A DNA stretch of 64,000 nucleotides. Source: Haplodiscus bocki (Eukaryota). This document shows, in pieces, positions 1-11,859 of this stretch (within the stretch, counting starts at the first letter, position 1; each line of letters starts with the position of its first letter). The translations under genes were made by a program, and so were the position numbers. The stretch covers positions 97,960,001 to 98,024,000 of the forward strand of contig OZ296650.1 of assembly GCA_965655095.1 (NCBI GenBank), read 5' to 3'. The notes under the pieces were generated by a model. That model was given only the letters and a program-made list of their open reading frames with translations, searched no databases and was not told the DNA's origin.

Positions 1-3000
1 GGAGAACTTTCTAGTTCGCTGTTTATGAAAGTCTTACAGAGTTAACTCTGAGCAGAACCTAGTAAATATTCAAGGCATTACACCGAACTGACTAATGTTT
101 GGTAATGTAGTGTCTATTCCCGAAAGATGGTGAAGTGAGGTGCAAATCTCACAAGGTCGTAGTTATGTACTTGTTCTGGCCGGTGTGGAGATACTTTGAT
201 GAACTGATCAAACTTTCAGTAGTGGTACTCCTGGACAGTTGACTACTCTGTTGAACTTGTGCCATAATCATATAGATCGCATTTGAGATTAATACATTGG
301 TTATCGAAGGCGCTTCTAATGTGGTTATACTATAAGTGATACACTGTATTGAACTAATTCAGGTGCCGCGAACTTGTTTGCAGTCTTGAAAGTAGCTCTG
401 AAGGTATCATCTGATGTGACACTATGTTATACTGATGTCTTGCTGTTGGACTCGGTAATCTGAATTTTAAGGTTTTTTCCTTTTTTGGTAGTGTTCGCCA
501 TCGTAAAGTTTGAAAGTTTCCTTGCGCATTGAAAATTCGCATGCTAGCTAGTACGGGCTGTATCCTATTTGAATGTCAAGTACTCACTGCAGGCCAATCA
601 TGAATTTCATTGGGGCCAATTGAAAATAAAGAGTTTCACGTTCAACTGGGCGCCAGTTGTAGCACAAAGTAGATACCTCTCGAGCTGTGAAGAAATTAAA
701 ACTAAGCGATCGCCAGACAAGCTGTTTCATGGACAAAAGAAGTTAACTTTCATATGGTTTTAGCACGGGAGTTCAAGTATGCTTACGGTAAATCATTCGT
801 CGATTTCCAAAGTCCAATCTTTGGATTTTTGAAGTTGCTTAACCGAAATTTGATTGATTTCCTGGACGCTGTCACTCCTTATCTTCTGCTTCTGAAGGAC
901 GCGAATAAGCTGAACTTATTCACAGGTCAGAATCCTTGACCTTGTATCGGAACAAAGATATTTGCAGACTCTAGTTTTTGTAAATATCAGTTTCGTCTAA
1001 AAACGCAGTGGTTGATCAAGGATTTTGACGTTTTTTTTTTCATTTTAGAGGGAGAATGAAGCTATCATTTTGTTCTGAATTATCAGGAAATTTCAATTTT
1101 ACAGTTGAAACATAATTTTTCTCATTTTCCTTGACTTTTGTTAATTGTAGATATCTTTTTAGGCACGAATAATGTTCCACAATGAAACAGCAAAAGAATT
1201 GAAACCATGAAAACAATTCAATTTGCGACGAATCGAATTGAAAAATTTCTGCCGAATAATAACAAATATGCGATATCCAACATGCATAAACATAATAAAC
1301 ACTGAACCATTAGTTTATTTATATGACAGATGTGAAAAACGTATTTTGAAAAAATAATTAAATATTGGTATATTGGTAACAAGTTCCTTAAAAAATTTTG
1401 AAGTTTCATCACTAATTTCGATGTTTCAAATTCATATTTCCAGGTCGTTTTCCCAACTCCGGGAAACAGTATAACATGGAAGTTATTCAACTAATTTTTC
1501 TTCAGGTTCTTACAGGACATCTTCAAATGATGACTGCACTCTCGAAAGTGTCGAGCTGCTATTGAACACCCCTTGCCTTTTTTCTATCCAATGTTTTCCA
1601 TACCAAATGTCATCTCTGCCTCCGAAAACTACCATAGAACATAAAACTGTTATAGAACACTTCCTGCCTCCCTTCTTTTAATGAACTTTCCTGATCGGGC
1701 GTTAAAAGTTTTATATGAATGTTTTAAAATGATTCAAAAAGTCATCGGTAGCATACAAAATTTTCATGCAACACTCACTAGGGTTCCCACAATATTAAAA
1801 ACCGAGAGACCAAGCTGCAATGCGCAACACTTCCGCCGAAAAAATACTAGTGAACGAACGAATCGAACAAGTACAACTGATATTTGAAGGCCCCATGGTA
1901 CTACTGATTGAAAGATGAAGCAAAAATATAACTAACTCAGTTAGCTCATAGATTTATATACAACTGTATCAAGTACGAACGACTATAGCAGTTATATTGT
2001 CTTATAATTATTGAAGCCAAGCGCGCACGCTGGAAAAAAGGCAACGTGATTAAGATTCTGAAACTGAGCGAGTGCGCATGAACAAAATTTAAAACTATTT
2101 GAATCTAGGAACAAATGCGAGTTGCGAACGGATCAGAAAAAAAAACAAAATACCAAATCTTGTCATCACTTGCTTGCGCAAGCGTAATCAATAACAATCA
2201 GCAAGAACTTTAATTTTTCATGGTTTTCGTACAACGATTGTTTTGTTGTCATTGAACTTGCTGTAATATTAGTTTTACCTTGTCAACATGAAGTCAAGAT
2301 TGTTCCAAAATCTTGGCAAGCACTTTATACAATCTCAGCATGAAAACTATGGACGGTCATACCGCCCATTTAACATCCTTGATGGATAGCAGTCATCATT
2401 AGCATAATGCAGTATTCAATTTCATGAGTTTTCTTTCCAGAGTTCAATATTTTCGAGACCCCGTCAGATTTATCATGTATAGTCAGTCATCCTCATTGAT
2501 GAAAGTGTCCTGTATTGCTTGTCTTGGACAAGAAGAAAGTTTTATATAGCGAAAGTAAACATTATAAAATTATATAAATATTCACAGGTATATATTATTA
2601 TGCCTAAAGTTCACATGGAACGGTGTCAGGTTTAGGAACCATTTCTACACACCATACCAAGTGACACCACTGATAACTAAACTACATGAGTGAGGCCCAA
2701 AATTTGTTTAAAGATTAAAAATTGACTTAATGGCAATTATGTTGAATGACAGAATCAACGATATTGAGACACACTAAGCTTCTTTGTAGCACCTGTATGG
2801 TTGATGTAGTTTCAGTATGCAAGTATCTAGTTGAGGGGGGCATTACGAGTGTGTAAGGACTAAAAATTTCAGCCAAAAGGAGAGTAGCCGTTAAAAAACG
2901 AAAAGAAAGTGCATGAAAACTCACTTCTCACATCCAAGTTCCGATATTTTCTGAAACCTTTCGGTAGAATCAGTCATGCCGTACTCACAGACTGAGCAGC

Positions 3001-4290
3001 CGGCCCTTTCCCCGCTGCCACCAAAGTGTATATTTGGCGAGAATGGAGCTAACAGGGAACGCAGACGCTGGGGACGTAAGCTCACAGAAAGAATCACCAT
3101 ATGCAACCCCAACGGTCGTCTTTGTTAGCGATGTGTAAAATTTATGACCAAGATAAGATTATTTCTACAGGATCGCACATTTCACAATTCTGGGCGTAAT
3201 TGCATAGATTCTTTCAGTTAAAATTTTAATTCCAGAGATTAGGGATATTCCATAATCTCAAATCAAGGCTTGAAAATTTTTCAAACTTATCATCAATGCA
3301 TTAGAGTGTTGATCACATTTCCGAGCAAGCAGGGAACGGGCCAAGTCAGCGCCGCTCGTAAAACTCAAATATCCATGGGTTGAGTTGTTTGTGGAAAATC
3401 GTGCTTTTCCGACAAAAATGGGTATAATCAAATTGTTGTGCTGGCAAAACAAACAGCCGCTCAAAACGGATAAAATTTAGGCAAAATTTGCGGATAATCA
3501 GTGCCCCCTTTACCCTTATTCCGATTTCCCGTGAATTCGGATAAATGGATTCAAAATATCCTGGGGTGTAGACTTTTATAAGTATATTGAGTGAGGAACA
3601 ACAATAAAATGAATTTTTTGTCAGCGCTCTTACTGATACTATGATTGTCTGTATGCTTCCTGTTGTACTTTGCTGCGTTTTGAAACAAATTTCAAAATTT
3701 TGCACGAAAAATTGTCGCAAGACGTCGTAGGAAAAAGCGTTTTAAAAAAAAACAAAACAGAAACCGAGTAATAATATATTTCGTAAAATTGAAATTTTCC
3801 GAAGTCTTTAAAACTGTCCTTTTTCCCGAGTTTTTTCCAAAAGAAATTGAAAATTTAATAGAGGAGCTCTTTGGCACTTCATCTACTGTCTGAGAAAGTC
3901 TTTATATCAAACATCTTTAGTACATGCCTCTGCGGAAAATTTTGGTATATGTAAAGGGGTGTCACGCAATTCTGGGCCAAAGCCCCAATGTTTTTCCTCA
4001 CCTAAATACGCGTTTTCCGTTCTTGTTATGTAATTCTGGTATCCTTCTCTAAATTGACTCTAAATTCGTAGTTTTACGTTTACGCAGTGAAAAAAACCAG
4101 TGTAATTAAATCGCCGACTAAAAACATCAATACCACTAACGAGCCTGTATTTAGGATTGTCTATGTTGAAAGTCCAAGCATAGGAGTAACAGACAGCTTC
4201 ATTGATGAGGATGACAATTCACGAACCTAATTAAAGCTTTTACTGAACACATAGGCAAAGTGAACTCTAGTGAACCAGTCGCACAAGTAT

Positions 4291-5452
4291 GGTGACAGGT
4301 CAAAATCTCCTAAGTCAAAATCTCCTAAGTCAAAATCTCCTATGCCAAAATCTCCTAAGTCAAAATCTCCTACGCCAAAATCTCCTAGGTCAAAATCTCC
4401 TAAGTCAAAATCTCCTAAGCTGAATTAATCACTCAGTAATTTAATTAATAGCTAAGTTCCATTTTCTTGTCGATTATCAAGTAAGCCTAATTTACATTCA
4501 CAAGTGACAATTAAAGTAAGTAACTAAGAGAGTACGATGGCAAAATTAACACCCTGCACAAATCGCACGCTAAAAAGGTGACAAAATGAAGCTGCGAAAG
4601 TTACTGAAATTCCAATCAATCTGATCATTCATTTAAAAATCATTTGCTGCAGATATGAGTTTCGAGTACGGTCTTTCAAACAAAAACAAAACTACCTTAA
4701 TTTATAATGGCTTGGTCCTCCCCCGGGTGCCAAAGTTGCGCACTACCCCTCGTTACTGCTCTTTTATGTAGCCATATTAGAACCATGCCCATGAAACTAC
4801 AGAGCGTGACAGAGGAACAGACCAACCTTTTAAAGGAGTAGCACTTGTCTAAATTGTTAATTGTAACTGACCCAAACTTTGGTTTTGGCTAAATGTTTTA
4901 AAATTTAGGTTTACAAAAATATTAGGTGTTTATTTCAGGGTATCTTTTTGAAAACTATTTCCTAATCGAACAGTTCACTGAGGTCTGAGTTTTGGAAGTT
5001 TGTGATTTAGAAAACTTGAGATGTTTGAAAACTTGTTATGGTATTTGCAAGTTCATGTGAATCTTCTCTTTGATTTTTTTCACCGCCATTGTAACATTAG
5101 TCCTAATGTTATTCAAAATCGATTACAGCTGCGTTGATTGACAGCGCGCACAACAGCGCAAGAAAAGCAGAAGTCTTATATTACGTAACTTTTGAGCTCA
5201 CTGCGTTGACTTGATTCATTTCGCTTTGTTTATTGTTACGCATCAACAACGAGGTTAGCTGTTTTTGAATTACGAACAACTTTCAACTTCAAGAGATAAA
5301 GAAAGTTGTTTTCCGATGAATTTTCTTTTGTTCTTTAATTTAGGAGATTTTGACTTAGGAGATTTTGACTTAGGAGATTTTGGCGTAGGAGATTTTGACT
5401 TAGGAGATTTTGGAATAGGAGATTTTGACTTAGGAGATTTTGACATGTAACC
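4291..5452. mobile_element. Non-autonomous foldback-type (Mutator/MULE-like) DNA transposon with modular terminal inverted repeats
   Basis: Exact 9-bp direct repeat CACAAGTAT at 4282-4290 and 5453-5461. The ends GGTGACAGGTCAAAATCTCC and (reverse complement) GGTTACATGTCAAAATCTCC match. Each TIR is built of 15-bp units GTCAAAATCTCCTAA: 8 on the left (4299-4418) and 7 inverted on the right (5340-5444). No internal transposase. A 9-bp TSD with tandem-repeat TIRs is the known FB/MULE pattern. Confidence 0.88.
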
Positions 5453-6841
5453 CACAAGTATAACCGATTTTGAAGGGGTCACGGTACGAAAACTACTGAT
5501 TAAACAATTAATCCAAACTTAATTAACGCAATTAATTCTTATACAATTATTTATATGTAAAAGTAACAAATGGGAACAGGTATAAGCTTCCATTTGCTTT
5601 ATATTCATATAAGCAAGCGAGCAGGCTGGAAAATGGGTCACGTGAAAAAATTTTTGCAAGAACACGGGAGCGCATGAACAAATCTTGGCAACATAACAAT
5701 GCAGGCACAAATGTGAGTTGTGAACGGATCGGAAAGAAAAAAATCTGTGACAAAACAATTTCTTGAGCAAATGTAATTAAGGTCACAGGCTTACTTTTAC
5801 CAGGTCGTTCAAAAGTCTCCATGAGCACAAAAAATATTCACTTTATTTTACAGCAGCAACTTGACAAAAATGCTGTTGATAAGTTTCGAGTTGATAGTTG
5901 TTGAACTTATTGAGCACTTTTCTTGAGACTATAAATTCATCCAGTTTTTCCGGAGGAATCAGTAGTTGCACATTTCTGACCAAGGGAAGGCCGCCTAAAA
6001 CTATCGGTCTAACCTCGAAATTTTTAAATCAAAGTCTGACGCTCAAGGGCGCGCTTTTAACCTGGCTTATATAAATAAAGTCTGAAAAATTCTGAAGTTC
6101 TCGGTAATGAGCAATAGCCTTAATGAAAATGAATGTGCAGCGATTTCTCTTCGTAATGAACGGAGACTTTTCATGAAAGATATTGATTGCATGTTGCAAC
6201 TGTTAGCACCTTTTGTGCTCTTCAATGCTAACACTGATGGCGAGGCATCTTTGCTTAGCAGACCTAAATGCGATTAAAAAAACAACCTAACTGAATTCAC
6301 GAACAAGATCTTGGTAAAGTTCAAACAGTCCCGGAAGGTAAACAATTTAATAGGAAAAAATTTTTCACGTGCATAAGAACACATGATTTTTTTAAGTTCC
6401 GTACACAATATATTTTAGAAAATTTCCTTCTTCAAATCATGTTCCTGAGACATTTCATGTAGTGTTAGACAGGCTTTTGGCGAATTGTTACACTCGTTAG
6501 TGCAAAGTGCTGCATAATAATATAGAAAACGCTTAGGAGGTATGAACTTTATTTAGGTCGGTAATTCAATGATTCATACCAAGTCATTCAGGTCAAGAAG
6601 TCAAGTTTAGAAAATTTATTTTCATTTTATTTACATGATTAGTTCATAATTCATCAGACAGATAAATACATCATTTCATACCATCACGAAAGCTTAGTTC
6701 CCAAAAAATAGACTTTACAACTTTTTGTTACAAGGACCTTTCAATCATACCAAAAATGCTTTTCGAGAAGACCAGTATTTTATACCGAGTTTAATTCACC
6801 AGGTGATCCTTTGTTTAATAACAGCTGGGTTTTTCAGTCAC

Positions 6842-7759
6842 TCAATAAATGAAGACATTTTTATGTCCAACTTTCTCCAAGTTGGTTTTGCAGGATGACG
6901 TCATAGGCGGAGGTCCACACATGACAATGAGCACATCATCTCCTGGAGGCGGCAAATGTTCTTTCATCATAGCTTCACTCACAAACCCAGTTCCGTATTG
7001 CCAGTCTTCGGGTGCATCTCTGTCCACAGTATACCACACTTTGAACCTATTCGGTTTGTGAAGAGCCAAGTCGTCAATTTCTCCTCTCAACAAAATATCA
7101 TCAGGCGTTTGGTTTCCGAAAATTAATGAAATGTGACTTTTGTCTTTGGGATTGTAAAGCATTTCTCTCACAAGTTGCAGCATGGGTGTGATGCCAGTTC
7201 CTCCGGCTATCATTCCAATTCTGCGGTAGAAAAACATCTGAGGTGGACTCGGTTTGTCGGGTTTGATTGCGTAATGACATTCGCCCTCGTAAACTATAAG
7301 ACCCCCAGGACCACGGATGTCGATGGAATCGTTGATTTGCAGATTATCCAAGTACTGGGACAGCTTACCACCGTCAGGAAACCGTGGGTTGATCCCTTTT
7401 TTGTACACTTTAATGACCAGATCGAAGAACCCAAGATCACGCTCGCATGACACAGGTGTATAAGGTCTGACCACAAGTTCACCGTGAATTCTAGCTGAAA
7501 GGTAAATATGTTTGCCAATTGGAAGACCCAGCGAATGTCCGGCAGGAATTTTGAATCGGAATCGTTTCGTGTCCGGACTGAGTTCTTCTTTGTCTACTAA
7601 AACAACTGGGTATTTCACCTGTGGGTCTTTCAACAGGACAGGCTTGGCTTTCTTCTTTGATGGGAAAAACACCACTTTGATGACGTATGCTGTGGATAAC
7701 ACTACAGCGGCGCCGGCCGTTGCGATAGCAAGTGTCGTCCAGTTTGTTGGCATTAGGAA
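6842..7759 (-). CDS. CYB5R: NADH-cytochrome b5 reductase (CYB5R family, membrane-anchored), main coding exon
   Basis: N-terminal hydrophobic anchor, FAD-binding motifs RPYTPVS and GGKLSQYL, NADH-binding GMIAGGTGITPMLQ and CGPPPM. The track start at 7768 is a TTG inside a splice acceptor (TTTGTTTCAG, AG at 7761-7760). The first in-exon ATG is at 7753. Confidence 0.95.
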   Translation of the reverse strand, partial: FLMPTNWTTLAIATAGAAVVLSTAYVIKVVFFPSKKKAKPVLLKDPQVKYPVVLVDKEELSPDTKRFRFKIPAGHSLGLPIGKHIYLSARIHGELVVRPYTPVSCERDLGFFDLVIKVYKKGINPRFPDGGKLSQYLDNLQINDSIDIRGPGGLIVYEGECHYAIKPDKPSPPQMFFYRRIGMIAGGTGITPMLQLVREMLYNPKDKSHISLIFGNQTPDDILLRGEIDDLALHKPNRFKVWYTVDRDAPEDWQYGTGFVSEAMMKEHLPPPGDDVLIVMCGPPPMTSSCKTNLEKVGHKNVFIY

Positions 7760-7879
7760 CTGAAACAAAGCAAGCAGATAATTTTATCACTACTTAATCG
7801 AAAATCAAGCCGATCGTCTCAACAAAATTGTTGGTTTCATATACTCACTGACAAACAATTCGACGAGGATTCGACAACT

Positions 7880-8658
7880 AATTCCATAATACTTATGTTG
7901 ACAAAAATGGATTACTTCAGTTTGCAAAACATCCAAGTTACAATATGGATTCGTCCATAAACCCAGTTGACAAAGTGAAAGATCTCGGAATAACGATTAG
8001 CAAAAATCTCAAATGGAACAATCATGTCAAATATCGACTGAAAATCGCTTACTCTACATTTATCAGTTTCCGGAGATGTCTCCCTGCGTCACTCAACCCG
8101 TCAACGAAAGCGAATATCTACAAAACATACATGCTATCCTCACTCACATATGGTTCTGAAGTGTGGTCAACTAGCAAAGATGCTCTGAACAAATTAGAGA
8201 TATTTCAAAAACGTGTTCTGAAATGGATCAGCCCAACTGCAACCTATGATGAAGGTCTTCAGCGTTTCAACCTACTTCGCATGAAAAATCTGTTCGTCTA
8301 CAAAGATTTCTACCTGCTGAACAGTATATTAAGAGGAAACGGTGACTTCCCAATTTTTCACAATATAACGCTGTCAATCCAAAAGAGAGAAGGCCTGCGT
8401 AGCGCAACCATTGTATTCTTCGACGTTCGCAAAACTTTAAAAACTAAAACTAATGAGTGCTTCTTGATTCGCTCCTGTGTGGCTGCAAATAAACTCCTTA
8501 ACAATACAGACATGACAGTTTTCTCTGAACCAAAAGTGTTCAAAGCTAGGTTCAAGAACTTCTTAAAATCTCGGTCTGATTTTTTCTTTTAATTTTCCTT
8601 TACCTTCTATCTTTGTATTGTCTAACCAACAATAATTAAAGTCTCTCTCTCTCTCTCT
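7880..8658 (+). mobile_element. 5'-truncated non-LTR retrotransposon (CR1/L2/Jockey-like), 3' part of ORF2 with (CT)n tail
   Basis: ORF 7945-8592 has post-RT motifs KVKDLGITISKNLKWNNHV and LTYGSEVWS...KLEIFQKR. It is followed by a short UTR and a (CT)n run at about 8642-8658. It lies antisense within the predicted CYB5R intron. Confidence 0.85.
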
Positions 8659-9276
8659 ATTGCTCTGAATCAACATTCTTGGCAGAATGAAAACAATGTT
8701 GAGTGTAATTTTCATGTCGTTCAAAAAAAAACTCGTGCCCCAATGCATGATTCTATGAAACAGTATTTCGCACGCTACAATTATTTCGAGCAATGAAGCA
8801 ATATGAACTCATTAATGAGTTTCCAACGACGTTATGAGAACAGTAAATGCAAAATATTAGTTCAAAATAAATATAATCTTTGAACAAACGGGGACCAGCT
8901 CAAGTTGGATTCGCCCGTACAACCCAAAATACTCGTAGAGGAAGCCCATGATGTTTTCAATAGTACTGGCTTTTAGGAGAACTTAGTATACCAAAGGGGT
9001 AGCGCAATTTTTTTTGCCGATCGCACAGGAATCCAGTGGAATTTGTGCCCAGCTGCGTCGAAGGAAACTGGGAAGTGCACCAACGGCATGGCGCTCGCCA
9101 AAACAGCAGTTTTGTTAGAATTGGCTGAAAACCTGCTGCATTTTTTTGCTGTCGGTATTCGCAGGGTTCAAAACAGGATAAACAACCCAAGAATGGCCCC
9201 GATTTTGATGTTTGAAAAAAGATATATTTCGGTGTAATTTTTGGTATAATTCTTTTTGGTATAATGAAACATAGCT

Positions 9277-9570
9277 TATGCTGGGATTCGAACCAATTAC
9301 ATGTTGATTCTGTACATTTTTTGAAAATAGGTAGATTTTTGGTATAGTTACCGATGTAAACTGAAAAAAAATATATATCTTATGCCGGGGTTTGAACCGC
9401 TGACCTGTGGTTTCGCAACCCTTTATTTCTACTCACTGGGTCATATAAAATGTAGAAAAAAAAATCAAAAATAGACACTTCCAGGAGAAAAACATTTGGG
9501 GCATAGTCTCGAACCCGTATCTATGGCTTAGGGACCTCCTTGTCCTATCATGTAGACCAGCCGTGACTTC
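9277..9570 (-). repeat. Cluster of degenerate tRNA-derived (SINE-like) B-box units
   Basis: Minus strand shows GGTTCGAATCCCAGCATA (~9278-9295), GGTTCAAACCCCGGCATA (~9381-9398) and GGGTTCGAGACTATGCCC (~9499-9517). No complete cloverleaf seen. Confidence 0.45.
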
Positions 9571-9820
9571 TAGAGTAGCAATCATTTTGGGTTGAGAGTT
9601 CACTTTTTGTAGAATTTCGTCGATTTCGATGTCTGTAAAAAACAAAAACAAAAGCTACTGTAATAGTCGGGCACTAAAAACGACAGACTATCAAAACCTA
9701 AACAAATGAGCAGTTTCCGGGAAAAATTACAGATAATACAGGCAATTACAGCAAAAGTACAAAAGGCATGAAGTGAAATAGTCACCATGGATGAAGCAAA
9801 TGAGATGAAACAGATCTTAC

Positions 9821-9835
9821 CTTTGAGTCAGCCAT
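9821..9835 (-). CDS. CYB5R: Predicted upstream coding micro-exon of CYB5R (MADSK), within exon 9844-9821
   Basis: Minus strand reads TTTGTTTCAG|AAGCAATAAATGGCTGACTCAAAG|GTAAGA. The phase-0 donor joins in frame to TTC CTA ATG at 7759. The ATG has A at -3 and G at +4. Inferred from splice signals only. Confidence 0.6.
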
Positions 9836-11859
9836 TTATTGCTTCTGAAACAAATTTTAAGACTGCAAAATTTTAATATTCGTGCCTCTGAAAGATTCAA
9901 CTCAGTTATTCGATTATTACTTCAACAAACTTTAACTACGGCACAATGTATTTACGCAGCGCACATGAATAAATGAGCTCACTTACTTCTGAATTAGTTT
10001 AGCTGAAACTTTTCAAATTTGGAGATGATTTGTTCCAGACGTTTGCAAATCTATTCAAAATTACTCGCCAAAAGCTTTCAGTCTAAAGGTCGTTGAATTT
10101 GGTTTCCAAAGTTCACTTCAATTTTACGAACAGTAAGAAGTGATTCCACAAAGATAACTGCCATAAATTATTTATTTTCGCACATTTTCCCTCGAAAATT
10201 TTTTGAAAAATTTTGACGTTTATTTATTAGACAAGACGCGGAATTATTTTTCATCGTTTATCGATAATTTTCAGACCTAAGATAGCCCGATGATAAGGAC
10301 TTACTTGTCCAGTTGAAAATCCAGTTAATTCAGTAAGTGCAAGCCAGAGCTTTTAGCTGTAACACAATTGATGTTAATTTTGGAGACTAGTAACAAACTT
10401 TTTACAGAATCGCGAAAAGACATGTTAGCGCTTCTAGCATGCTCAGTAGACGGTATATTTTTGATCTACAGTATAAAGCAAAGAATTTCAACATAATGCT
10501 TAGCATTGAACAGCACGTGATCAAGAAGCTTACCACAATGGATTTTTTAAATCGTGAATTTATTCTGAACAGTTCATTTTACAAAAGTTGTAGAAACAAA
10601 AATTATAAAAATAGCCTGTTCACATGCCTCGAATACCGCAGCACTGAGATCTCTAATTGCCATGTAAATCCAATCAAAAACTTAACAGAACTGAACTGAC
10701 TAAAATCTAAGACAATTTCACATTCCGCGACCTTTCACGGTTCTTTACATGAAATAAGAAACGAAAGGCAAAATCCGTTTCATTAGACTTTTCTTTCCAG
10801 ATTTCCAAAAGCTTTAGTTGAAAATGAAAAGATGGAGAGTTTTGAAACTTTTTGTGGAATTTTAGTAGTGAATGTAAAATGAAACACCAAAATGCTGCTA
10901 TTTTAATTTAAAAAATTCATTGGTAGTTAAAAAACACAGATTCAACATAAATCCAATTAAACTTTAGAGAAAGAATCATAGAATATGAAACTATGAAGAG
11001 AAGTAGAAAAAACTGGAGTTGTGCCGGGTAAACTGGAAAACTCCACTTTTGGTTTCTAACGGCAGGAGTCGCCCTTCAGCGGCAAATAGTATGACTAAGA
11101 TTTGAATGACTCATTGTACAGTTGACTTTAACCTCCGTAAATGAAGTGAGACTAGGGTCTGCGACAAAGTTTGCTATCTGGAAAAAAGATCAGCATCGTA
11201 CCTATAATAAATTAGACCTTCGATACAAAAAAAACTTGAAGACTATTGAATTTGATTAACCTTATTTCATTATTTTCCGTCGGTGAATTTTTTCGCAAGG
11301 AAAATATTCAATTCACTAGTTGGAGTTTATTTCTTTTCCTGAACTGCTCATGACGCGCAGACTTCAACACTACGTCGGGTTGCTTAATCAATAGTGGATT
11401 ATATAAAACAAAAGTGGGGGGTGTCACCGCGGTTAGGTACCCCATAGGTGGCGGGTTCGAATCCCTCTGTAACCACCTTTTCACACTGGCATCCAATGTT
11501 CCGATTTTTTCGAAGCAGAAAAATATTAATGGTTCGACAAAATTCAGAAATTTTTCGGTAAAATGGATATTTACTCAAAACCCTTCTTTTTGCGACATAA
11601 CGGAAACAATTCGTTCATTTTCAAAAAAAGTGACATTTTTTCTTGAAATATTGAATTTTTCAAACCAGCCGATTTTTTTTTCAAAAAAAAGTTAATTAGA
11701 AAACGAGATAACAGAAAGTTTTTCCGGTTTTTGAGATGAGTTTTTTTCTACTATCCTGGTTTGTGCTGAACATAAAAACAGACAAAAACTTCAAAAATAA
11801 TCCTGCTGGAGAGAATGCCCGTTCTAAGAGGGAAAGCCAAAAACCGCAAATAGTAATTA

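Noticed and set aside
1-950. Possible retroelement remnant at the window start
   Set aside because: No diagnostic motif recognised and all ORFs are under 65 aa.
5265-5482. ORFs encoding KSPKS repeats (histone H1/protamine-like) and GDFDL repeats
   Set aside because: They are translations of the 15-bp TIR units of the foldback element. The same array occurs inverted at 4299-4418 and is bounded by a TSD.
7760-7768. TTG start of the 308-aa CYB5R ORF in the track
   Set aside because: The TTG is part of a polypyrimidine/CAG splice acceptor. ATGs at 7753 or 9835 are better starts.
11414-11480. Possible tRNA gene ending in CCA
   Set aside because: Only a T-loop/B-box is recognisable. I could not build acceptor, D and anticodon stems.
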